From an uncultured virus (IMG/VR IMGVR_UViG_3300030329_003290) (lineage: Duplodnaviria > Heunggongvirae > Uroviricota > Caudoviricetes): 20,000 nt of DNA. Within the stretch, counting starts at the first letter, position 1, and the number at the start of each line of letters is the position of its first letter. The notes beneath the pieces are model-generated. The model saw only the letters and a program-made list of their open reading frames with translations, had not been told where the DNA came from and searched no databases. Below are positions 1-7,684 of this stretch, in pieces. Position numbers and translations under genes: made by a program. The DNA lies in IMG/VR virus record IMGVR_UViG_3300030329_003290; one strand, given 5' to 3'.

Positions 1-36
1 TCATTTAGTAAATAGCCTTGCTGGCCAAAAATTTTG

Positions 37-108
37 AGCGGTGGGTTGGAGTCGAACCAACACCTTTTTGATGGAATCAAAACGACTTTCCTATAAGTCT
101 TCCACCGC
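37..108 (-). tRNA. tRNA-Gly(UCC), atypical core
   Basis: Cloverleaf: GCGGTGG/CCACCGC acceptor, D arm GACT-TATAGGAA-AGTC, anticodon arm TTTTG-ATTCCAT-CAAAA, T arm GTTGG-TTCGACT-CCAAC. U73 discriminator and GCG start fit Gly. Followed by CAA, so CCA is not encoded. Confidence 0.9.
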
Positions 109-159
109 ATAAATAAATATATATTCAATTCTCCAAATACAAAAAAAACTCTTGAGTCA

Positions 160-753
160 TCAAGAGTTTTCTTCGAACCAATTTTCATCTTTGAAAACGA
201 TTTCATAAGTAGAAGCATCTTCCAAATCCACAACAACACTATTTAGATTAGTAGTAGCGCCTTCCTTACGATTGTTATTGTTTTCAGTAAGTGTATCAAT
301 AACATAATCAGTATGTGGTTTGATAATCAAAACACACTTCTCTTTCCAAAACACACCAAAATAGTGGTTGTGATTTGAATAAGCATCAATCGCATCTTGT
401 GTATATGCCCCATTGTAAACACCAGGAACTTTGAGAGCAGAAAATCTCAAACCTGTATTATGGTTTCTAATTTGACGAGTAAGATTACGAACCTCTTTGT
501 CGTTTATTGCCTTACTTTTATACTCAGCAGTTTGTCCATCAGCCTCATAAGCATCAGCACCATATTTATCACTACCTTTACCAGCAGAGATTTTATCAAA
601 TGCCTTATGGCCTAATTTTTCAGCTATAACAAATTCTCTCCATTGAGTCTTATCTGTAATTTTTTGAGCACCATCTCTTTCACCCATAAGATACATAGCA
701 TGAGCCAAATCCTCATAAGAGTAATTTTCAATCAAAGTGTCTATTGTTTTCAT
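160..753 (-). CDS. Hypothetical protein, possible PD-(D/E)xK nuclease fold
   Basis: Start moved to ATG 753 (SD GAGGA) because the track start overlaps the promoter. GADA...AEYKS resembles a D...ExK restriction-endonuclease-like active site. Confidence 0.6.
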   Translation of the reverse strand: MKTIDTLIENYSYEDLAHAMYLMGERDGAQKITDKTQWREFVIAEKLGHKAFDKISAGKGSDKYGADAYEADGQTAEYKSKAINDKEVRNLTRQIRNHNTGLRFSALKVPGVYNGAYTQDAIDAYSNHNHYFGVFWKEKCVLIIKPHTDYVIDTLTENNNNRKEGATTNLNSVVVDLEDASTYEIVFKDENWFEENS

Positions 754-779
754 ATTATTTTCCTCTTTCATAACACCTA

Positions 780-809
780 AAGCTAACATTAAAAACAGGT
801 AAAAGTCAA
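780..809 (-). promoter_or_regulatory. Sigma70-type phage early promoter, copy 1
   Basis: TTGACT-N18-TAGCTT; the same motif occurs 7 times directly upstream of genes. Confidence 0.8.
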
Positions 810-832
810 GGTTTTTTTATAACTTTTTCTTG

Positions 833-905
833 TGGAGCTGACAGGAATCGAACCTGCGACCTCCGCAGTGCAAGTGCGGCGCTCTCCCAACTGAGCTACA
901 GCCCC
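833..905 (-). tRNA. tRNA-Ala(UGC)
   Basis: GGGGCTG/CAGCTCC acceptor with G3:U70, anticodon loop CTTGCAC, T loop TTCGATT, A73. Followed by CAA, no encoded CCA. Confidence 0.97.
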
Positions 906-910
906 ATATA

Positions 911-1420
911 TTAAAAGTCTCCTGGTGCTACTTGAAATGTATTCAAACCTAAATCTCTCCACATCTTCACAACCTTATCTCTGTCATCAACAACTAAAAA
1001 AACATCATCGATATCTACGAAAGTATCTAACATAGATTTCTTTAGTATTTCATCTGGCATAAATCTCATTTCAAATGTGGCAGGATTACCATCAGCAATC
1101 GGCCACGAGTCTGCTTTAAATTTATCTGGTCTCATAACTAAAAGGTCAAATGGTACATTATGTATCTTCAACCAATCTCTAGTAGCAAAAAACCCCCTAT
1201 CGTTCCTACCTGAAAAGATTACAATTTTGAATCCATCAGCTTTAAACAATTGAGCCATCTTTATAACTGGTACATTAGGTTCATCCCAATCCATAATAGA
1301 AGTAGGTGAAGCAAATATATCCCAATCCAACTTACCATTAGGTTTTAGCGATTTGTCTCTCCTAACATCAATGTTAGCAAGAGTTCCATCTAAATCAAAT
1401 ATAACTGTTTTCTTATTCAT
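911..1420 (-). CDS. HAD-family phosphatase (polynucleotide 3'-phosphatase, T4 PseT C-terminal-like)
   Basis: Motifs FDLDGTLA, FSGR, LVMRP, VVDDRDKVV and the C-terminal FQVAPGDF are typical of phage PNK phosphatase domains. Confidence 0.9.
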   Translation of the reverse strand: MNKKTVIFDLDGTLANIDVRRDKSLKPNGKLDWDIFASPTSIMDWDEPNVPVIKMAQLFKADGFKIVIFSGRNDRGFFATRDWLKIHNVPFDLLVMRPDKFKADSWPIADGNPATFEMRFMPDEILKKSMLDTFVDIDDVFLVVDDRDKVVKMWRDLGLNTFQVAPGDF

Positions 1421-1425
1421 ACACG

Positions 1426-1454
1426 AAGCTACAAAGAATTTTGCTAAAAGTCAA
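1426..1454 (-). promoter_or_regulatory. Sigma70-type phage early promoter, copy 2 (leaderless transcript likely)
   Basis: TTGACT-N17-TAGCTT; the ATG at 1420 follows the -10 box after only 5 nt, with no SD. Confidence 0.8.
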
Positions 1455-1462
1455 GGACTTTT

Positions 1463-1870
1463 TTACGCTAATTGTGGTGTTACTAATAATTTGTCTATTT
1501 GAGTCTCTAACGCTGAACATAATTGTTCAACAACAATAGCATTACCAGCATATGATGGAGATGGTGCTCCAGAAACAGCAACAGATTGTGCTGTAGTTGA
1601 TGCTATATTGGCAATTATCGAAGCTACAGTAACTAAACAACTTTGACAACTACTGATAGAAATATTATTTGGTGGTGTAGTTAGTGCTGTTGGCGGTAAC
1701 AGAGCTTGAATTATATTTACTTGAGTACTTATTGTACCCATAGCAGCAGATGCTGCTGCTATAGCAGCTCCATATCCACTACCTGCTGGTTTAGCAGCAG
1801 TTGCTGTTTTCAAAGCTGTACTAGCAGCAATTAATGCTGTTTGTGCATTTGGTAACATTTTACCTGGCAT
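1463..1870 (-). CDS. Ala/Ser/Thr-rich hypothetical protein
   Basis: 135-aa ORF with SD AAGGAG immediately after the tmRNA; rich in small residues, with a CxxC. Confidence 0.75.
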   Translation of the reverse strand: MPGKMLPNAQTALIAASTALKTATAAKPAGSGYGAAIAAASAAMGTISTQVNIIQALLPPTALTTPPNNISISSCQSCLVTVASIIANIASTTAQSVAVSGAPSPSYAGNAIVVEQLCSALETQIDKLLVTPQLA

Positions 1871-1884
1871 TTGATTCTCCTTAG

Positions 1885-2308
1885 TGGAGCTGGGGGGATT
1901 CGAACCCCCGTCCAGTCTACTTTTTCCAATGAGTCATTCACAACTTAGTCAGGTTCCTACTAATACTATACGAAGTCACCTGCAACCCAATAACAACTTT
2001 GTTCAGAGTTGCCAACTGGCAGTTTCTTTAATCACTAACTTCCCTCTAGCTAAAGTGAGTTTGTCTAACTTATTTTATGACCGAGTGTTAGACAACTCAG
2101 TAACTTATGCAGCGTATGCGTAAGTTGGTTGGTAATCACCGATTGGTAAATCAACTGAGTAATCATACTCAGCTAAATGCCAATCTATCACCAACCCTTC
2201 GAGCGAATTATCGCCATTTGAGATTGTGAGTCTTTTATGTCAAGTAGTACTCAAACTCAGTTGCACTCAATTGTCAAATAGCACCTGTCGATTTCCATAG
2301 ACAGCCCC
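1885..2308 (-). ncRNA. ssrA: tmRNA (transfer-messenger RNA)
   Basis: 5' GGGGCTG..GGAAATCGAC and 3' GGACGGGGGTTCGAATCCCCCCAGCTCCA form an Ala-type tRNA-like domain with G3:U70; the internal frame ends YAYAA-TAA. 424 nt. Confidence 0.95.
2105..2215 (-). other. tmRNA tag reading frame GDNSLEGLVIDWHLAEYDYSVDLPIGDYQPTYAYAA*
   Basis: Open frame from CAAAT-GGC-GAT-AAT (typical resume context after PK1) to TAA; C-terminal AA degron. The resume codon is inferred. Confidence 0.75.
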
Positions 2309-2312
2309 ATAT

Positions 2313-2438
2313 TTAAATATCATCATCTGAAAATTCTTCGTATTCTTCAATGTAAGAAATTATTTCTCTTACTAAGTCCCAATCTTCTTCATCCCTAGCT
2401 TCTTTCAAAGCATTCAATACCCAATCTAAGTCTAGCAT
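2313..2438 (-). CDS. Small acidic protein (41 aa), not in ORF track
   Basis: SD GGAGA, ATG; MLDLDWVLNALKEARDEEDWDLVREIISYIEEYEEFSDDDI*. Confidence 0.8.
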   Translation of the reverse strand: MLDLDWVLNALKEARDEEDWDLVREIISYIEEYEEFSDDDI

Positions 2439-2467
2439 AAATGTCTCCGATTATTCGGAAATAAATA

Positions 2468-2788
2468 TTAGTCTTTCAAAGAATTCTCTAGCTCTTCTCT
2501 CATTTTATAATATTCATCTAATTCTGGTTGAGCAACTATTTCTGCAGTTTCTGTGGTAGTTGGTGGTCTGGACATAAACATATTTGCTAAAATAGAAAGT
2601 CCAAATGTTTCAAGTATATTCAATTTTGGTAAACCGAATATTATTGGCATCAACCAATTCCACATCAAACACATAGGTATACTAAGTAATAGTCCAATAC
2701 CAAAAAATGTAATAAGTGATTTAAAATAGCTCTTAGCTAAAATTAGATGATCTGTAAATCCGAATTTAGATAAATAATTCGTCTTCAT
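2468..2788 (-). CDS. Small membrane protein
   Basis: Hydrophobic segments and a LMWNWLMPIIFGLPKL motif seen in small phage membrane proteins; SD GAGG. Confidence 0.75.
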   Translation of the reverse strand: MKTNYLSKFGFTDHLILAKSYFKSLITFFGIGLLLSIPMCLMWNWLMPIIFGLPKLNILETFGLSILANMFMSRPPTTTETAEIVAQPELDEYYKMREELENSLKD

Positions 2789-2945
2789 CTATAACCTCTT
2801 TCTTTTGTTCTTTATAAAAAAATGTAGAATATATGCTTTTAGCACTAAAAGAAAAAATTTCTAATATAAAAAGTTGAACTCTCAGAAACTTAGTTCTCAA
2901 ATCCAAAGTTTTTATCATATCCTCTACTAATTCTAAATATTTCAT
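2766..2945 (-). CDS. Hypothetical protein
   Basis: Likely start MKYLE at 2945, ATGA-coupled to the upstream small ORF. Confidence 0.55.
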   Translation of the reverse strand: MKYLELVEDMIKTLDLRTKFLRVQLFILEIFSFSAKSIYSTFFYKEQKKEVIDEDELFI

Positions 2946-3097
2946 AAATGCCATCCCATTACTACAAAGTGTAAATATAAGTATCCAGCGGCAAAAATTA
3001 AAAACATTTTAAAATAGTCCCATAGTTCATCACTACGAGTGTAACTTATAGGTCGTCTCTTTTTTTCGACCTTATCCCAATCTCCTAATCTGCCCAT
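2942..3097 (-). CDS. Small membrane protein (51 aa), not in ORF track
   Basis: MGRLGDWDKVEKKRRPISYTRSDELWDYFKMFLIFAAGYLYLHFVVMGWHL*; fills the gap with overlapping start/stop codons; one C-terminal TM helix. Confidence 0.7.
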   Translation of the reverse strand: MGRLGDWDKVEKKRRPISYTRSDELWDYFKMFLIFAAGYLYLHFVVMGWHL

Positions 3098-3432
3098 TGT
3101 TGTCCATCCGTAAAAGGTAATCTAACTAAATAATATGGTTTGTTGTCTACATAAAACATTTCTCTACTAGCCCATTGACTTGTTTCTTCAAATACTATTC
3201 TATCCATAATAATCTCCATAGTTTCCTCTCTCTGTGGTTCATGCATATCATCCCAACCAAAACCCTCTACTATCTCTATCTTTATTTGACAATGTACATC
3301 CCACGATGGAACTAATCTGTATGGGATTATCTCAGGCTTTTCAGTTAGTAATATCTGTCCTCTTAGTGTACTGAACATAAATGCTATTACAGCGATTGCC
3401 AAATGTAATAATGAAAGATTCATTCTTTTCAT
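3085..3432 (-). CDS. Hypothetical secreted protein
   Basis: Signal-peptide-like N-terminus; SD GGAG; ATGA overlap. Confidence 0.7.
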   Translation of the reverse strand: MKRMNLSLLHLAIAVIAFMFSTLRGQILLTEKPEIIPYRLVPSWDVHCQIKIEIVEGFGWDDMHEPQREETMEIIMDRIVFEETSQWASREMFYVDNKPYYLVRLPFTDGQQWAD

Positions 3433-3632
3433 TTTTTCTCCTTTGTATTATTAAATAATTCTAATTGATTTCGATTCTTATCAAATGGTCTAAACCAATT
3501 ACCATACTCATCAATCCATGCTTCCCAACCATCCCATTCCATATTAAGTGAAATAGCTTTCAACATATTTATATCTAAAGTATCTGATGATTCCAATGTT
3601 ATTGGCAATTTACTATGTCTAATTTTCTTCAC
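3429..3632 (-). CDS. Hypothetical protein
   Basis: 67-aa ORF packed between its neighbours. Confidence 0.65.
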   Translation of the reverse strand: MKKIRHSKLPITLESSDTLDINMLKAISLNMEWDGWEAWIDEYGNWFRPFDKNRNQLELFNNTKEKK

Positions 3633-4254
3633 GCATTTCCCATCCTTGATTCAAAAAAGGCATTGCCTTTTTGTATTTCAAAACTTTTACTGCATCACCT
3701 TTTTTGATTGTGACTAACTGATTACGACCTATTTTCTTTTCAGCCCTAACAGTAGTATTTACTTGTCTGTCGTGAATTGTCTTACCCATCAAATGGTCTA
3801 TTTCGTGTTGAACACATACTGACTCTAAAGTTCTCATTTCTTGATCATTCTTTTTATCATCAGTTTCCCAACTACCTTTACCATCAGATGGTTCTGGCGC
3901 CCCACTAAAGTACCAACCACTTTCTGATTGAGCAGTTTCAATCATTATATCTCTGTATCTTTTGGTGTGTATTCCTTTGCCTGGATAAGAGAGACAACCC
4001 TCATAATAAGGTATCTCATTTTCCTTTGATATAATCTTCGGATTGATGAGTACCAAAGGTTCACGAACATTGACAACGGCCACTTGTGCATCAATTCCCA
4101 CTTGATTAGCTGCCAACCCAATACCGTCTTTTCTTTCGTTAAGTATCTGAAATAATTCCGTTGCAATAGCCATTCCCTCTTCAACTGAAACCTCCTTGAG
4201 TTTTTTGTTTATAACTGGATTATTATTTTGATAACAATCTATAACCCTATTCAC
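3619..4254 (-). CDS. def: Peptide deformylase with C-terminal extension
   Basis: All three PDF motifs are present: GIGLAANQVG, EGCLS, QHEIDHL. Confidence 0.96.
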   Translation of the reverse strand: MNRVIDCYQNNNPVINKKLKEVSVEEGMAIATELFQILNERKDGIGLAANQVGIDAQVAVVNVREPLVLINPKIISKENEIPYYEGCLSYPGKGIHTKRYRDIMIETAQSESGWYFSGAPEPSDGKGSWETDDKKNDQEMRTLESVCVQHEIDHLMGKTIHDRQVNTTVRAEKKIGRNQLVTIKKGDAVKVLKYKKAMPFLNQGWEMREEN

Positions 4255-4692
4255 TTATCCCCCAAACTTATGATTCAGAAAATCTTTTTGTTTTTGTATT
4301 GCTTTTTTCAAAGCTGCTTTTTTCTCTTTGTTTCTAGCAATAAGTATCTGATCTTTTGTTCTTCTTTTAGTTTTTTTCTTGGCTGCTACTTTAGTAGGTG
4401 GTAATGTACCTTTCAACTTAGGTTGTTCTTTACCTTTGTGAAATACATTACCATCCTTATCTACAAACTCAGCCATCCAATGCCAACCAGCAGGACGACC
4501 TGTAGGTTTGTATGTTGGTTTAGTAACATCAGGAAATTGTTTGAACATTCTACCCATCAATGCCCTACTACTAATTACAGATACCGCTTCTGTACTTACA
4601 TTAGATACAGGTTCACCTGTAATTTTACAATCCATATATGCCACTCCATTGATGAAGTAACCACCATTTTTTTCAAATGTACTTTTAGCCAT
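4255..4692 (-). CDS. Basic hypothetical phage protein
   Basis: 145 aa with GRPAGWHWMAEFVDKDGNVFHKG core and Lys-rich tail; SD GGAG. Confidence 0.8.
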   Translation of the reverse strand: MAKSTFEKNGGYFINGVAYMDCKITGEPVSNVSTEAVSVISSRALMGRMFKQFPDVTKPTYKPTGRPAGWHWMAEFVDKDGNVFHKGKEQPKLKGTLPPTKVAAKKKTKRRTKDQILIARNKEKKAALKKAIQKQKDFLNHKFGG

Positions 4693-5215
4693 TTGCTAAC
4701 TCCTTTTCTTTTTGTAACCAGTTTAGTTTATAAATTTGAGCATCTGTATATTTGTATGGTTGAACATTTTCAGATTCTAAAATGTCCACTACATTTACCC
4801 ACTTAGGATTCATAGTATCCCTTACTTGATAAACACCATCTTTTTTGCCAGTACCTTTGAGTAGAATAAAATCCCCATAATCAAAAGGCCCACCCCATCG
4901 TTTTAGTAAGTTACGAGACAAAGCAACAAACTTATAATCTGATGCTTTACTAATACGAATCTTAGTGCCATCAGCAGTAATGTTTGGTGTTCTATCTGTT
5001 TGTGGATATACAGGTTGATACATCGTAACATCTACAACAATCCCATATTCGTTGTAATGTTCCAATTCTGTTCTTAGTTCATGATTCTCTGTTTCTAATC
5101 GTTCAATCTTACCAGAATACATATTCTTATAAGACTCAAACATATTAGTTGAGAAGAATCCATTTATAAAAGTAACTGCTAAGACTGCAGCTACAGCTTT
5201 ATTGGTGTCTATCAT
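4685..5215 (-). CDS. 3D (Asp-Asp-Asp) domain protein, membrane-anchored, lytic transglycosylase-like
   Basis: N-terminal TM and coil, then VTMY..QTD..P.ITADG, VALSRNLL, VRDTMN, VDIL. Confidence 0.85.
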   Translation of the reverse strand: MIDTNKAVAAVLAVTFINGFFSTNMFESYKNMYSGKIERLETENHELRTELEHYNEYGIVVDVTMYQPVYPQTDRTPNITADGTKIRISKASDYKFVALSRNLLKRWGGPFDYGDFILLKGTGKKDGVYQVRDTMNPKWVNVVDILESENVQPYKYTDAQIYKLNWLQKEKELANG

Positions 5216-5242
5216 ATATTATCTTTCCTATTATATATTGCA

Positions 5243-5272
5243 AAGCTAATAAAGAAATGCCATACAAGTCAA
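5243..5272 (-). promoter_or_regulatory. Sigma70-type phage early promoter, copy 3
   Basis: TTGACT-N18-TAGCTT. Confidence 0.8.
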
Positions 5273-5281
5273 GTACTTTTT

Positions 5282-6199
5282 TTACTTTTCTGTTTTTATT
5301 CCACCTTTTAGGGTTGGTCTGTTAATATCGACATCTTTATTTTCGTCTACAGTGATAGCTTCAGAGACTACATCCGTAACTTCTTTATCGGAAACAGGTT
5401 CTCTATTTATCATTTTTATCAATGTATCGGATATTTTTTTTGTATCTATTTTCTTTCTTTTTTTCTTTGCTTTGTTTATTGGTTTAGGTTCAGCCCCATC
5501 TTGCATTAAGATGTGATTGTAACTAATAACAAAGATAACTGCCATTGGATCGAAAACAAAAATTAGAATGAATATGAAAAATTTCACTACTGAATCAACA
5601 TCTGTGTCGAATACCCTTGCTAAATAAATAGCAGGTCCTACATCAACACCTGTTTCAACTAGTGCTATTTTCAAATCACCTATTTCCGATTTCAAAGAAA
5701 GCATTTGATTATTTATTTCATTGATTTTCGGCTGATAATCCTCTCTCAATTTTCTTTTAGCAGTACGATAGTTTTCTGGCAATTCCTCTACAGCAGCTTC
5801 TAATTCTTCCTTTAGGAATTTCTTATCTTCTGATAATTGGTCTAACCTATCTTCCTTATATAATAAAGCAGTAGATTCTTTTTCAAATGTTACTGTGGCA
5901 CCTTGATAAGCATTGGATAAGAATCCAAATATACCAGCAGATGTTATTAGAACAAGAATAATTGTTGCTATTGTCATATAAGTTCTGTGCAATAGGTTTA
6001 TATTAGTCCAGTATCTATATAAGAACGAAGCAGCAACCAACTTACCAAACTCTAACGAACCAGCCATTATTATTACAGCAAGTTGAGCACCAGCAAATAA
6101 TTTTGATAACCCAAAAACCGAAAAGAAAGCAGCGCTACCAGCAATTGATAATGCTGAAAATCCTACTAACTTATGAAATGATTTCGATGATTCAAACAT
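5282..6199 (-). CDS. Multi-pass membrane protein with coiled coil
   Basis: Three N-terminal TM helices, a long heptad coiled coil, then a further TM (IFVFDPMAV); architecture common in large phages. Confidence 0.85.
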   Translation of the reverse strand: MFESSKSFHKLVGFSALSIAGSAAFFSVFGLSKLFAGAQLAVIIMAGSLEFGKLVAASFLYRYWTNINLLHRTYMTIATIILVLITSAGIFGFLSNAYQGATVTFEKESTALLYKEDRLDQLSEDKKFLKEELEAAVEELPENYRTAKRKLREDYQPKINEINNQMLSLKSEIGDLKIALVETGVDVGPAIYLARVFDTDVDSVVKFFIFILIFVFDPMAVIFVISYNHILMQDGAEPKPINKAKKKRKKIDTKKISDTLIKMINREPVSDKEVTDVVSEAITVDENKDVDINRPTLKGGIKTEK

Positions 6200-6242
6200 C
6201 GGGTATCTCCTTATTATTTATTATAAATAAATATATGAAAAC

Positions 6243-6440
6243 CTATTTTCTATCATCAAAATCAGCTTCTTGACACTTCATACACACATAAAATTGATCA
6301 TTGTTCCTCAGAACAGTGTCAGCTAATCTCCACATATTTTTGAGATCTTCTGTACTATAACCAGAGTCAACCGATACTGTTCCAAGAACAATGTATAGAT
6401 CATTGTCTAATTTAATAAGGCGATTATTTAATTTTGACAA
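6243..6440 (-). CDS. Hypothetical protein (~65 aa)
   Basis: Likely TTG start at 6440 overlapping the hsp20 end; the longer track ORF overlaps hsp20 more extensively. Confidence 0.6.
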   Translation of the reverse strand: MSKLNNRLIKLDNDLYIVLGTVSVDSGYSTEDLKNMWRLADTVLRNNDQFYVCMKCQEADFDDRK

Positions 6441-6900
6441 TGTTCTTTTTTGGGAGTTCGGGCTCTGTCTTTGGTATTTCGACAGAGAGTATACCATCTT
6501 TGAATGTGGCATTTATATTATCCCCATCCAACATATCACCCAAAGTGAAAGAACGCTTGAATGAAGAATGCTTCAATTCTCTTCTGAGAACTTTAGCTTT
6601 AGCCTCATCAAACATTCCATGATGTTTCTCACCAGAAATGGTAAGTGTCCCATCCTCTACTTCGACATTCAAGTCTTTTTTATCAAGACCTGGAATCTCA
6701 GCAATTACACCAACTTTGTCATCGTATTCATATACATTGACCTTTGGGTATGCTGTTCCTGAAAATGGATTGACACCAACTTGTTGGTTGATTTGAGGAA
6801 ATGTAGATGAAACAATATCATCAAACATTTTATCAAAGGGTGTTAGAAAGGAATCTCTATCGATTACGGGTAGTCCGCGATGTAAAGTAACTTTAGTCAT
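6424..6900 (-). CDS. Small heat-shock protein, Hsp20/alpha-crystallin family
   Basis: YPKVNVYE, AEIPGL.K.DL.V.VEDGTLTISGEK, SFKRSFTL, ATFKDGILSVEIPK; start at 6900 after SD AGGAG. Confidence 0.96.
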   Translation of the reverse strand: MTKVTLHRGLPVIDRDSFLTPFDKMFDDIVSSTFPQINQQVGVNPFSGTAYPKVNVYEYDDKVGVIAEIPGLDKKDLNVEVEDGTLTISGEKHHGMFDEAKAKVLRRELKHSSFKRSFTLGDMLDGDNINATFKDGILSVEIPKTEPELPKKNIVKIK

Positions 6901-6936
6901 TTTATTTCTCCTATGTTGTTTACTTTTAGTCAAACG

Positions 6937-6961
6937 ATGTATCCTCATTTGAGCGATACAC
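6937..6961 (-). promoter_or_regulatory. 5'-UTR hairpin of hsp20 (PhotoRC-II-like)
   Basis: GTGTATC-G-CTC-AAAT-GAG-GATACAT bulged stem-loop upstream of an A-rich tract and the SD; family identity is recalled, not searched. Confidence 0.5.
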
Positions 6962-6972
6962 ACTTTATATTA

Positions 6973-7055
6973 TACAATTTCTATACCATTTACATGCGTA
7001 TGTCATATTGTCATTATATAAATATAATAAAATTTTTTTTCTGTCATAATGTCAT
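6973..7055 (-). promoter_or_regulatory. Sigma54-like promoter with upstream TGACA-N3-TGACA repeats
   Basis: TGGTATAGAAATTGTA (GG-N10-GT) at 6973-6988; ATGACA-NT-ATGACA at 7001-7014 and 7042-7055. Confidence 0.55.
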
Positions 7056-7207
7056 ACTAACCAAAAGTAGAGCAGGTGTCCATCATTTACTGAAACTTTT
7101 TAGGCCTTTTAGTTCCCTCTCTTCTAATTATGCTCCCCATTCTTTTGGTGAATATGAAACTATATTATAAATATCGTGAAAAGCCAAAAAAGTGTTAAAT
7201 ATTTTTA

Positions 7208-7684
7208 CTAAACTTCAAGAGCTCTACGAAACCAACCAAAATAAAATTTTTCTAAGTCTGGTTTGCGTGTTACCAAGTCTGCATAATACTTAACTCGGTA
7301 TGCTCTCACCCTATCTAATTCAACACCATCCATAGCAGCGATAGTCTTGGGTCCCATGCCACCATCAACTTTTAGATTTGCTCCTTTAGCGTTAGCTGCT
7401 CTTTGCATAATCCTCACCGCTCTACTTCTACCTTGGTTAACACACATATCAAAATAAATATGTCTTAGATTTTCTGGCAAATCTTCAACTTTATTTCTGT
7501 CCCAATAATGTTCTTTATAGATTTCTTTAGCACCCTCTTCTGTAAGGTTTTTTATATCTACATCAGGATGACTTCTTTTAGCTATACCAAAATTAGTCTC
7601 TCCACCTGGATCTTTCGGATCATTTACATATCCACCCTCGTGATGTAATACTACTTCTATAATATCATCAAATTTAATTAGCAT
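7208..7684 (-). CDS. Glycoside hydrolase family 108 lysozyme with peptidoglycan-binding region
   Basis: HEGGYVNDPKDPGGETNFGI, FDMCVNQG, VDGGMGPKT, GWFRR; start at 7684 after SD GGAG. Confidence 0.95.
   Translation of the reverse strand: MLIKFDDIIEVVLHHEGGYVNDPKDPGGETNFGIAKRSHPDVDIKNLTEEGAKEIYKEHYWDRNKVEDLPENLRHIYFDMCVNQGRSRAVRIMQRAANAKGANLKVDGGMGPKTIAAMDGVELDRVRAYRVKYYADLVTRKPDLEKFYFGWFRRALEV

Noticed and set aside
1..26. Possible 5' end of another RNA gene (minus strand GGCCAGC-AA-GGCT...) just downstream of tRNA-Gly
   Set aside because: Truncated by the window edge; no 3' half is available to test a cloverleaf.
66..82. Reading the first tRNA as Trp(CCA)
   Set aside because: Stem geometry centres TCC in the 7-nt loop, and U73 plus the GCG acceptor start are Gly determinants.
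1884..2123. Plus-strand 79-aa ORF (MELGGFEPPS...)
   Set aside because: Antisense shadow of the tmRNA 3' half.
3945..4184. Minus-strand 79-aa ORF inside def
   Set aside because: Alternative-frame shadow wholly within the peptide deformylase gene.
7061..7148. Fluoride or glycine riboswitch
   Set aside because: Only fragmentary similarity; the conserved cores and pseudoknot pairings could not be matched.
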